Origin: Candidatus Woesearchaeota archaeon
GTDB taxonomy: Archaea > Nanobdellota > Nanobdellia > SCGC-AAA011-G17 > GW2011-AR18
Assembly (NCBI GenBank): GCA_964467335.1
Contig: CAYXPX010000001.1
Location: forward strand, 12,320 to 49,591
Direction: 5' to 3'
Length of the DNA stretch: 37,272 nt
Shown here: positions 1 to 8,295 of the stretch, piece by piece
How the letters are laid out: the number at the start of each line of letters is the position of its first letter
Position numbering within the stretch: position 1 is the first letter of the stretch
The notes under the pieces: model-generated
Told to the model about the DNA's origin: nothing
Seen by the model: the letters and a program-made list of their open reading frames with translations, nothing else
Database searches by the model: none
Position numbers and translations under genes: made by a program

Positions 1-43
1 CTGGCCTCAATAGTTCTTTAAATTTTGCTGAGATCAACGTGGC

Positions 44-811
44 ATGGACGGACAGACAGCACCTTTGGCAGAATCAGGTAAAGATATTCCTGATTCTGGA
101 GAGAAAATCCCTGATTCAATAACTGAAATAATAGAAGACTGCAAAGAAGAATATGATGTTGAATTTGGAGAAGAACACAGAAAAGTGCAGGCAGGATTTC
201 TTGCAGAAGACATTAAAAGGAACGTTGAACTTTCTGATAGAATACGTTTTAGGCTTGGTTATAAGTATGGTATAAGAAGAAAGATTTTGACAGCAAGATT
301 ATTGCTGTTTTCTTATCTTGCTGGTATAACAGATATAGAGGAGGACACTGAAGGCAGTTGTAAAGGAAAAATAAAAAATCTAGATGACATTTATATGCTG
401 CAGATAAGCGAGGGGAAAAAAGGAATTATTTATAGAGGAAAAGACGAAAGACTGAGAGGGTTATACCAAGGAATAATAAGAAGGGCAGTCAGATGGGATG
501 CGCCCGACATACCAGCACACATAGATGTTATTGGCAGCGATCCATCTGTTGTTGGACATTTTAATGGAAGACCTGTGACATATAAAATGGTTTTAAAATC
601 AGTTATTGAATACCATGAAAGAATGGAAAAACAAAATAAAAAAATTATGCCAAGAATTCACAGGGGTGGCTGTAAACTCACAGAAGAAGATGTAAATTAT
701 ATACTGCAAAGAGGTCCGATGTATGATTGGAGTATAAAGCTGGCAGCGCAGAGCATGCAATACTCAGCAGAGGTGATAGGAAGAGTGTATAGAAAAGCAA
801 AAAAAAGCTAA
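44..811 (+). CDS. hypothetical protein with helix-turn-helix-like C-terminus
   Basis: 255-aa ORF with an ATG start and an acidic N-terminus (DIPDSGEKIPDS). No catalytic motif recognised. The C-terminal LTEEDVNYILQRG...SIKLAAQSMQYSAEVIGRVYRK looks like an HTH. Confidence 0.4.
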   Translation: MDGQTAPLAESGKDIPDSGEKIPDSITEIIEDCKEEYDVEFGEEHRKVQAGFLAEDIKRNVELSDRIRFRLGYKYGIRRKILTARLLLFSYLAGITDIEEDTEGSCKGKIKNLDDIYMLQISEGKKGIIYRGKDERLRGLYQGIIRRAVRWDAPDIPAHIDVIGSDPSVVGHFNGRPVTYKMVLKSVIEYHERMEKQNKKIMPRIHRGGCKLTEEDVNYILQRGPMYDWSIKLAAQSMQYSAEVIGRVYRKAKKS

Positions 812-1272
812 AACAAGCTCTCTTCCTCGTACTCAAACTGCTTTTTTGAAAGCTGGCCCTTAACGATTCCAAACCTGTTCTTCAGGTGCATTAAATTCTC
901 ATTTATTTTAGGCACTGAATACTGCCATTTGATTTTTATGTCAAAATAGCCTGCCCTCATCTTGTACATTAAGATTATGTTGTCAATAATTTTTCCTATT
1001 TCATCGCAGTGCCTTACAAGAATGTCAAAATTTGTTGTTGAATTGAAATTTCCAAGGTGCCCGCTTCTGGTTTTCATGACTGCCTCTTTGAAGGGAGGAA
1101 TGTGCTGTTTTATAATTCTTTCAATGTAATCCTGCATCCATACAGGATTTGAAATTACTCTCTCGCTTTGCTTGTTCTCAAATTTTTCTTTAAGATCTCT
1201 TATTCCCCTGTCAATATCAAGAAGCCTAAGTTCAGCAGTTTCCAATGGGGTCTTTATTATTGGTGTTGCCAT
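808..1272 (-). CDS. hypothetical protein (start placed at internal ATG; the ORF extends to 1383)
   Basis: The ATG at 1270-1272 (MATPIIK...) lies 22 nt downstream of TTTAAATA (1295-1302). This is the same TATA-to-ATG spacing seen at other first genes in this window. No family recognised. Confidence 0.4.
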   Translation of the reverse strand: MATPIIKTPLETAELRLLDIDRGIRDLKEKFENKQSERVISNPVWMQDYIERIIKQHIPPFKEAVMKTRSGHLGNFNSTTNFDILVRHCDEIGKIIDNIILMYKMRAGYFDIKIKWQYSVPKINENLMHLKNRFGIVKGQLSKKQFEYEEESLF

Positions 1273-1431
1273 ACAAAAGTAGTGGTGGTCTAAATATTTA
1301 AATTTTGTTATATGCAGATCTTCAGAATTTAACCAATATACGGAGGTTATATTTTTAGGAATATGCGCTTCAGTCCTGCACATCAGGAGGTTATAGAAAC
1401 TTATTTAAACTTCTAATAAGCTGTCAATTAT

Positions 1432-1896
1432 ATGAGAAAGGCAGCATTACTGATAATTTTTCTTCTATTTGTTTTTATAATTCCTTTGGTATTAGCGCAC
1501 GGCGAGGATCAATTTGACGAAGCAAAAGAATTGATAGATTCTAAGGCTAGCTGTAATGATCTTAGTGACGAACAGCTGGAAATGATTGGAGATTATTTAA
1601 TGGAGCAGATGCATCCAGGGGAACAGCATAAAAATATGGATGATGCATTGGGCGGAGAAGGTTCTGAAAATTTAATGCAGACACATATTAGGATGGCCAG
1701 AATGATGTACTGCGGAGAGATGAGTTCCATGATGAACATGCCGATGATGGGTGCAGGAATGATGCAGCAGAATAATTTCAGCGCAAGTTTAACAGAAAGC
1801 AGATTTTTCTGGCTGGTTATGGGATTTATAGTTGCATTATTAATCTTCATGATAATAAAGTTTCTAAAAAAGCCTAAAATAAAAAGTGCAAAGTAA
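1432..1896 (+). CDS. Met-rich secreted or membrane-anchored protein
   Basis: N-terminal hydrophobic signal/anchor (AALLIIFLLFVFIIPLVLA) and a C-terminal TM helix (FFWLVMGFIVALLIFMII) followed by a basic tail. The central part has Met/His clusters (MEQMHPGEQHKNM, MARMMYCGEMSSMMNMPMMGAGMM). Confidence 0.5.
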   Translation: MRKAALLIIFLLFVFIIPLVLAHGEDQFDEAKELIDSKASCNDLSDEQLEMIGDYLMEQMHPGEQHKNMDDALGGEGSENLMQTHIRMARMMYCGEMSSMMNMPMMGAGMMQQNNFSASLTESRFFWLVMGFIVALLIFMIIKFLKKPKIKSAK

Positions 1897-1960
1897 GATT
1901 TGTTAAAAGCAGGATATTAAGCTTAAAAGCAATGAGAAAAAGATTAGAAAAAACATTAGC

Positions 1961-3406
1961 TCAATAGCTCTTTCCAAAGTAACATACTGCTTTTGCATCA
2001 TTTCCGCAGTTGAAGCATTTCTTGCCTTTTACCATGGGTTCATCCAGAGGTATTACAATTGATTTTGCTCCATCGCATTTTGCTTTTATGTCTTCTTCGC
2101 ATCTAACTCCAGTGCACCAGTTTCCCTTTACAAGTTTTCTGCTTTTTATGGCATTTTCCATCTCCTTTATGCCTGCAACAAAAACAGTATTTTTTCTCAG
2201 GTGAATCCTTGCATTCTCAAGAAGTTCATCATGCATCCTTGCAAGGGCCTTCACAGCCCTTTCCTTGACGTCTTCAAGCTTCACGCTCTCCTTTTTTGAA
2301 TCATGCCTTGTAACCAGGACCGCCTGTTTTTTTTCAACGTCTTTTGGGCCTATCTCTATTCGTAAAGGAATGCCCTTGAGCTCCCACTCATTAAATTTCC
2401 AGCCAGGAGTATATTCTTTTCTGTCATCAAGAATAGGATTAAGCTCTTTAAGTTCTTTGTAGATTTTTTCAGCAGCCTTCATGACTTTAATTCTGTCTTT
2501 GTCTGAACATATTGGAACAATAACAGCCTTCTCGTCTGCAACATTTGGAGGAAGGACAAGCCCAGTGTTATCAGAGTGCATCATCAGCATAACTCCTATT
2601 GCCCTTGTTGATATTCCCCATGATGTCTGGTGAACAAGCTTTACTTTTTCATCCTGGTCTGAATATTTTATATTAAAAACATCTGAAAAATTTTGTCCAA
2701 GATAGTGGCTTGTAGCGCCCTGTATTGCCTTTCCATTGGGCAGAAAAGTCTCAACGCTCAGTGTATATTCAGCGCCTGCAAATGCTTCATTCTTGGATTT
2801 CCTCCCTTTTATCACAGGAACAGCAAGAAGTTTCTCATAGATTTCTGCGTAATAATTCAGAATTTCATGCGCCTCTTTTTCAGCATCATCCTGGTTTGAA
2901 AATGCAGAGTGTCCCTCCTGCCACAGAAATTCCCTTGATCTTAGGAAGGGTGTTGGATGCTTGAATTCCCATCTTACAACATTGCACCACTGATTTAATC
3001 TCAGCGGAAGGTCTTTGTAGCTTCTTATCCATTTTGGCAGTGTATTGTGTATTATTGTCTCAGAAGTCGGCCTTACAGCAAGAGGATCATTTAACTGGGT
3101 TTCCCCTCCCTTTGTAACCCATGCAACCTCTGCCTTAAATCCCTTAAAATGTTTCTCCTCTTTTTTTAGGAGGCTCTCAGGTATGAACATTGGAAAATAA
3201 AGATTTTTAACCCCGGAATTCTTTATTTTTGGGTCAAAATATTCCCTTATTTTTTCCCAGACAGCAAATGCCCTGGGTCTTAAAATATAACATCCTGAAA
3301 CATCAGTATATTCTGCGAGTTCTGCCTTCTGTATCAGCTGGCTGTACCACTCAGAAAAATCCTGTTCCTTTTTTACGCTTATTCCCCTCTCATCCCTGGC
3401 TTTCAT
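1961..3406 (-). CDS. proS: prolyl-tRNA synthetase, archaeal/eukaryotic type
   Basis: 481 aa. Contains FSEWYSQLIQKAELAEY, RPTSETII, FLRSREFLWQEGHSAF, a class II core, and a C-terminal Cys cluster ending in a terminal Tyr (CYFGKSY), typical of archaeal-type ProRS. Confidence 0.9.
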   Translation of the reverse strand: MKARDERGISVKKEQDFSEWYSQLIQKAELAEYTDVSGCYILRPRAFAVWEKIREYFDPKIKNSGVKNLYFPMFIPESLLKKEEKHFKGFKAEVAWVTKGGETQLNDPLAVRPTSETIIHNTLPKWIRSYKDLPLRLNQWCNVVRWEFKHPTPFLRSREFLWQEGHSAFSNQDDAEKEAHEILNYYAEIYEKLLAVPVIKGRKSKNEAFAGAEYTLSVETFLPNGKAIQGATSHYLGQNFSDVFNIKYSDQDEKVKLVHQTSWGISTRAIGVMLMMHSDNTGLVLPPNVADEKAVIVPICSDKDRIKVMKAAEKIYKELKELNPILDDRKEYTPGWKFNEWELKGIPLRIEIGPKDVEKKQAVLVTRHDSKKESVKLEDVKERAVKALARMHDELLENARIHLRKNTVFVAGIKEMENAIKSRKLVKGNWCTGVRCEEDIKAKCDGAKSIVIPLDEPMVKGKKCFNCGNDAKAVCYFGKSY

Positions 3407-3422
3407 GGAATTTTACTTTCAG

Positions 3423-3442
3423 GGTGTTTAATAAATCTTGTT
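3423..3442 (-). promoter_or_regulatory. BRE/TATA-like promoter element upstream of proS (AACAAGATTTATTAAACACC)
   Basis: A-rich and TTTATTAAA-containing 20-mer lying 16 nt upstream of the proS ATG. It is identical to the 20-mer at 21087-21106. Confidence 0.5.
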
Positions 3443-3873
3443 TTAAACAAAAACTACCAAATAGTTACTAATTGATAAGGCTGAAACATGCTCCCTCTAC
3501 GTTAGGTCCATGCATTGCCATCCAATTCCTTATCAATACAAAAATAGCATTATGCCACAGATAATTTTTTCTTAGCCATGTGACAGGCAGTCAGGAATGT
3601 AAAAAAAGTTTTTTAAGGCGTAATATCCTCTTTCGTCAGGAACATTCACGATTTTTGCTATATATTCTTCCGTATAATAGCCGTAAAAACAAATTTATTT
3701 TTTATAAATCACAAAAGTACGGCAGAATATAAAAAATTTCCTGAAAAATCATTCTAAAAAAGAAAAAGAAAAACTTATAAAGCATTTTCAACACAATTAT
3801 TTAATGGAAAAAGGGGGAAAAAGATCATTAACTGTCAGTTTTATTTCTGCTGTTTCAAAAATTTTCTCAAGGG

Positions 3874-4542
3874 GTGGCTATCTTGCAGGACACTGACATG
3901 ATTCTTAGCATTGTAAGAAGCACAAATGCAGCATTGGTGGCGATTGATCTTGATGGGAAGGTCAGGTTCTGGAGCAAATATGCTGAAAATCTTCTTGGAT
4001 ATACTGAAAAGGAAGTTATGGGAAAAAATCTTCCGTTCATAAAAAAAGAATTTACATATGAAATTGAAAAAGTTATAGCGACAGCAAGGGAGGGCAGGGC
4101 AATAGTTTTCAAGACAACAAAGCAGAAAAAAGACGGAAGCGAGGTGGAGCTTGTTGTTCATGCAAACCCGATACAAAAAGAAAGTTCAGTAACAGGCATA
4201 TCGATGCTGCTGCAGGAGTCAAATGTGCTGAAAAAAGTGTGCTACCTTCCGTTTGGAAATGAGAATTACACAAAAGAGCCAAAGAGAACATTCGTAGAAA
4301 TAAGGGATATAATATTTGTGACTCTGGACGAGGGAAGGAAAACAATAAACCAGATTTCAAATGAGAGCGGAGTGAACTGGAGAACAGTAGAAAAACATCT
4401 CACATATTTGATAGGAAAAAGGTATGTGAGTGAAGTATTTAGCTCTGAGTACGTAAGAATATTTGAACTAACAGCGCTTGGGCTTGAATATCTTTCTGAA
4501 ATAAAGGCAAGGACGTTGCAGAAGCATGTAAAAAAGACCTGA
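3874..4542 (+). CDS. PAS-domain sensor fused to a winged-helix DNA-binding domain (putative transcription regulator)
   Basis: The N-terminal ~115 aa is PAS-like (ILSIVRSTNAALVAIDLDGKVRFWSKYAENLLGYTEKEVMGKNL...DGSEVELVVHANPI). The C-terminus is wHTH-like (RKTINQISNESGVNWRTVEKHLTYLIGKRYV). The ORF-track start is GTG at 3874; an alternative ATG is at 3898. Confidence 0.6.
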   Translation: MAILQDTDMILSIVRSTNAALVAIDLDGKVRFWSKYAENLLGYTEKEVMGKNLPFIKKEFTYEIEKVIATAREGRAIVFKTTKQKKDGSEVELVVHANPIQKESSVTGISMLLQESNVLKKVCYLPFGNENYTKEPKRTFVEIRDIIFVTLDEGRKTINQISNESGVNWRTVEKHLTYLIGKRYVSEVFSSEYVRIFELTALGLEYLSEIKARTLQKHVKKT

Positions 4543-4546
4543 AATT

Positions 4547-5608
4547 ATGAAAATTTTAATGTTGGGGTGGGATTTTGTGCCTTATTTTTCGAATGGATTG
4601 GATTGTCTTTCTGATGCAATGCTGAAAATTTTTTTTAAGAACAATTTTGAAGTTCATTTGCTTCTTCCGTACAGGCACAGGAATCAGGAAGCTGTTGAGC
4701 TGACAGATCTAAAGCCGGTACACTATGAATCAGCCATTAAAAATAAGGAGGAAGAAATTGATGTTTACGCATCAAGGGCAAAAAGTTTTGTCAGGAAAAA
4801 TCATTTTGATGCGGTATATTGCAACAGGTGGCTTGCCTACAAGGCAGCAGTAGAGGCAAAAAAAATCTCAGGAAAACCTCTTGTTATCCATGTAAGAAAT
4901 GCTGTCTTTAACGCCACATTTGACAGCTTAAGAGGTGATATTGAAAAAGAAGCATTCCAGAAAGCAGACAGGATAATTGTCTCTTCTGAGCATCTAAGAA
5001 GAATTTTAAGAAAAAAGTATAATATAAATGATAAAAAAATAAAACTTTTAGGATTCAATATTGCTTCTGATAATGTCACGTCAGGTAATGAAAAGAATAT
5101 CATGCTGTTTGCAGGCGGTATAAAGCAGAAGGATATGGAATATTTTGCGAGAATAGCAAAGGATGTTGTTGACTGCATTCCAGGCACGAATTTTTTTGTA
5201 GTTTCTGCAGATGAAAACCTGAAAACACTTGTCAATAGGGCGATGGATTTTAGGATAATAGATAGCATAAAACATGTAAAATGTGATACAGGGGATGATC
5301 TTAGGAAGATAGTATCAAAATCGCGGATTCTTCTTGTGCCGAACGCATCAGATGCGGCTATAAACTTCTCACTTGTCAGCTCGGGAATTCCTGCAGTTGT
5401 TGACAGGAATTCAGAAATTAAAAAAATATTTAGGAATGTAATAATCTCTGACTTTTGGGATACAAAGCAGACATCATCAAAGGTAATTTCGCTTATTAAG
5501 CACGATGATTTGGTTTCAGAAATAAAGTCCGGCATTAGTGAAGAATTAAAAAATTACAGCACAAAAGAAAGGGCGGTGGAAATTAAAGAGGTGTTTGAAT
5601 TTGGTTAA
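4547..5608 (+). CDS. GT-B fold glycosyltransferase-like protein (GT4/GT5-like, divergent)
   Basis: 353 aa. The N-terminus MKILMLGWDFVPY and the overall layout match GT4-type transferases. The region expected to hold the EX7E motif reads PNASDAAINFSLVSSGIP, so the second Glu appears absent. Confidence 0.5.
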   Translation: MKILMLGWDFVPYFSNGLDCLSDAMLKIFFKNNFEVHLLLPYRHRNQEAVELTDLKPVHYESAIKNKEEEIDVYASRAKSFVRKNHFDAVYCNRWLAYKAAVEAKKISGKPLVIHVRNAVFNATFDSLRGDIEKEAFQKADRIIVSSEHLRRILRKKYNINDKKIKLLGFNIASDNVTSGNEKNIMLFAGGIKQKDMEYFARIAKDVVDCIPGTNFFVVSADENLKTLVNRAMDFRIIDSIKHVKCDTGDDLRKIVSKSRILLVPNASDAAINFSLVSSGIPAVVDRNSEIKKIFRNVIISDFWDTKQTSSKVISLIKHDDLVSEIKSGISEELKNYSTKERAVEIKEVFEFG

Positions 5609-6827
5609 TATAAATCTCTGTTTTAGGGTGGACTGTCATGTTTTATTAAATAATTTTACAGTGTTCGATATAGGGAAGAATAGTGAATACTTTGAAAGCC
5701 CTAAAAAGAAATTTAGTGATTTTGCAAATAACTGCCTGCATGCGAACGGTCTTATTCTGCGCAAGCTTGAAGAGAACTTTAATTTAAGGGTTTCATATGT
5801 GCTGTCAGGCTCTGCAATTGATATTTTTGAGAAAAATTTTCCTGAAGTAATAGAATCTTTCAGAAAGATATCTAAAACAGGAAATGCTGAATTTCTTGCA
5901 GTGCCGTATTTCAGCCAGCTTTCATGCCTTTATTCAAAAGAAGAATTTTTGGAGCAGGTAAAAATGCACTCTCAAAAAATAAGGCAGCTCTTTGGTTTTC
6001 AGACAAAATTTTTCTTTGCAGATACAGGAATCACAACGGATTTGATAAAAAGTATAGAGAAAATAAAACTAAAGGGCATACTTGCAAAAGACAGCTTTCA
6101 TAATAATAACTATATATACAATTCGAGTGGTTCAAAAATAAAGATTATGCTAAAAAATTCCTATCTCTCATCATGCATAAACCAGCAGTTTTCAAACATG
6201 AACTGGAAGGGATGGCCGCTGACGTCTGAAAAATATGCAGGATGGATAAATAGGGAGGGGTTTCAGGCAGAATGCATTAATCTGGTGATTGATTATAATT
6301 CGTTTGGTACAAGGCATTCAAAAAGTTCCAGAATATTTTCACTATTTGCAAATCTTCCTGAAGAACTGCTGAAAAACCCTGCAAATATGTTTAGGACTCC
6401 GTCAGAGCTGGCTGATTTGTACAAATCACAAAATAAGTTCAGGCTGCAGAAAAGAATAAAAAAAATTTCAGGCGGCAGGCTTCAGATCAATGCCCTGGAA
6501 AAAATCTATTCACTTGAACATGATATAAAAAATACTGAAAAAAACACGTTGAACGCATGGAGAAATCTGCAGCATCCAAGCGTAATATCCTCGCTTTCAA
6601 AAAACAAAAACCCGCAGGAATCATATGAAAATTATATAAGGCTCTCGAATATTCTTGAAGATTTAAGGCATAAAATTGGCAAAATATCTGAAAAAAAGCC
6701 TAAAAAACAGGCTGTAAGACAGAAAAACCAAAATGAAAAAATTAATAAAGACCAGATTAAAAGGATTTATGTAGAAACACAAGAGGATATCATAAGAAAT
6801 CTGAAAGAGGTGTACAAAATTGGGTAA
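5595..6827 (+). CDS. GH57-like (alpha-amylase family 57-like) protein without recognisable catalytic motifs
   Basis: 410 aa with a TTG start that overlaps the upstream stop by 14 nt. The N-terminal half follows the GH57 layout (SYVLSGSAIDIFEKNFPEV, AEFLAVPYFSQLSCLY, FGFQTKFFFADTGI). HQP is replaced by DCH, and the NTE nucleophile position reads ADT. Confidence 0.4.
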   Translation: MNLVNINLCFRVDCHVLLNNFTVFDIGKNSEYFESPKKKFSDFANNCLHANGLILRKLEENFNLRVSYVLSGSAIDIFEKNFPEVIESFRKISKTGNAEFLAVPYFSQLSCLYSKEEFLEQVKMHSQKIRQLFGFQTKFFFADTGITTDLIKSIEKIKLKGILAKDSFHNNNYIYNSSGSKIKIMLKNSYLSSCINQQFSNMNWKGWPLTSEKYAGWINREGFQAECINLVIDYNSFGTRHSKSSRIFSLFANLPEELLKNPANMFRTPSELADLYKSQNKFRLQKRIKKISGGRLQINALEKIYSLEHDIKNTEKNTLNAWRNLQHPSVISSLSKNKNPQESYENYIRLSNILEDLRHKIGKISEKKPKKQAVRQKNQNEKINKDQIKRIYVETQEDIIRNLKEVYKIG

Positions 6828-7629
6828 GGTAATAGGGTTAATATCAATAAAAGGCGGTGTTGGAAAGACAACAGCGGTTATAAATATTGCCCATTCTCTT
6901 GCATCCTGCTATGGGAAGAAAGTGCTTGTTATAGACGCAAATTTTTCATGTCCTAATTTAAATCTTTATCTTGGAAACACAAACCCGAAACACACAGTGA
7001 GGGATGTGCTTAACAGCAGGGTAAAGGCAGGCTCTGCAGTCTATGAGCATGAGTATGGTTTTCATGTTCTCCCTTCATCTTTTAATGTCACAAACGGCAA
7101 CAACTTTCTTGGCTTGAAGGCAAGGGTGCAGAACTTTAAGAAATACTATGATTTTATAATTCTTGATTCCTCGCCTTCATTGAGCAACGAGCTTCTTGCG
7201 GCAATTGCAGCATCTGATGAGCTTTATGCTGTAAGTACGCCTGATTTGCCTACCTTAAGCACGACATTAAAGGCTGTAAAAGTTGCAAGGGACAAAAAAA
7301 TGAACATAAGCGGCTTAATATTAAATAAAGTAAGGGGAAAAAATTATGAGCTGAAGCCTGATGACATGGAGCGTCTGAGCGGGATTCCATTGTTTGGTGT
7401 CATAAAAGATGATGTGATGATTCCGGATTCTGTAGCAAGAGTAAAGCCTGTAACTCTTCTAAGCCACGATTCTGATATTTCAGAGGCATTCAGGAAAATC
7501 GCTGCGAAAATTGCAGGTGTAGAATATGAAGAGCCGAGATGGCACAGGAAATTATTTGCAAACATTAAAAATGATTTTTCTAGATTGTCAGCGCATAAAT
7601 TCTCAAGGGGATTGCTGTATTATAAGTGA
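6820..7629 (+). CDS. MinD/ParA-family P-loop ATPase
   Basis: Deviant Walker A motif (SIKGGVGKTT), plus VIDAN and ILDSSPS motifs. TTG start overlaps the upstream stop by 8 nt. Confidence 0.8.
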   Translation: MGKVIGLISIKGGVGKTTAVINIAHSLASCYGKKVLVIDANFSCPNLNLYLGNTNPKHTVRDVLNSRVKAGSAVYEHEYGFHVLPSSFNVTNGNNFLGLKARVQNFKKYYDFIILDSSPSLSNELLAAIAASDELYAVSTPDLPTLSTTLKAVKVARDKKMNISGLILNKVRGKNYELKPDDMERLSGIPLFGVIKDDVMIPDSVARVKPVTLLSHDSDISEAFRKIAAKIAGVEYEEPRWHRKLFANIKNDFSRLSAHKFSRGLLYYK

Positions 7630-7635
7630 AATTTG

Positions 7636-8196
7636 TTAATTTCTTATTCCAAGGCTGAAAACCAGATCCTCAAGCTTGTTCAGATTCCATTTTATTGCAT
7701 CAGACTTCTTTCGCAGTTCTCCATTCCTCAAATCAAATTTCAGAAATTCTCCGTAAATCTCTTCAACAATGTTTTTTATATTCAAAACGCTCTCAAAATC
7801 CTTCTTTATTGCATCATGCACTGCCTTTCTTCCAAGTTCGCCTGTCAGATCAGCAAGCCCAGACAAATAGGAAAATACATCAATGTTGAGATTTTTGGCT
7901 GTTGGCAGCCTGTTATTTTTTATAAGCTCAAAAAAAGCAACAGCCTCAACATATTCCTGATATGCAACACAGCTTATTGAAGTGTCATAATTTTTGTTTT
8001 TATCAAGCAGCTTTATCCTGCCATGTATTTCTTTGAGTAGTTTGGCTGCATTGTCAAAATCATTTCTATGCATAGAGTATATTATCTGTTTTGAAAGCCT
8101 GATTATGTCCCTTGAATTTCTTATTGTTTCCTCTCTTTTTTCCTCAAAATCATCAAGCTCCTTCCTTATGTTCTCAAAGTTTTTTTTGTCTATCAT
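7636..8196 (-). CDS. translin-family protein
   Basis: 186 aa. AYQEYVEAVAFFELIK and YLSGLADLTGELGRKAV match the translin/TRAX signature (GLADLTGEL). A TATA box lies 23 nt upstream of the ATG. Confidence 0.75.
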   Translation of the reverse strand: MIDKKNFENIRKELDDFEEKREETIRNSRDIIRLSKQIIYSMHRNDFDNAAKLLKEIHGRIKLLDKNKNYDTSISCVAYQEYVEAVAFFELIKNNRLPTAKNLNIDVFSYLSGLADLTGELGRKAVHDAIKKDFESVLNIKNIVEEIYGEFLKFDLRNGELRKKSDAIKWNLNKLEDLVFSLGIRN

Positions 8197-8219
8197 CTTC
8201 CAAAAGATATATTTTGTAG

Positions 8220-8227
8220 TATATAAG
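8220..8227 (-). promoter_or_regulatory. TATA box (CTTATATA) for the translin-like gene
   Basis: 23 nt separate it from ATG 8196. Confidence 0.4.
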
Positions 8228-8295
8228 TCTTGTGCAGCGATTTTTAAAAGATTTTTTGAATAAATTTAAAAAGTTATTTAATTCTCAGGACTGTC

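Noticed and set aside
3841-4176. Minus-strand ORFs (111 aa and 81 aa) overlapping the PAS regulator start.
   Set aside because: They are antisense to a PAS-domain gene with a clear domain signature. Their translations are Phe/Cys/Leu-rich with no motif.
7633-7980. 115-aa plus-strand ORF downstream of the MinD-like gene.
   Set aside because: It is fully antisense to the well-supported translin-family gene, and its translation is low-complexity.
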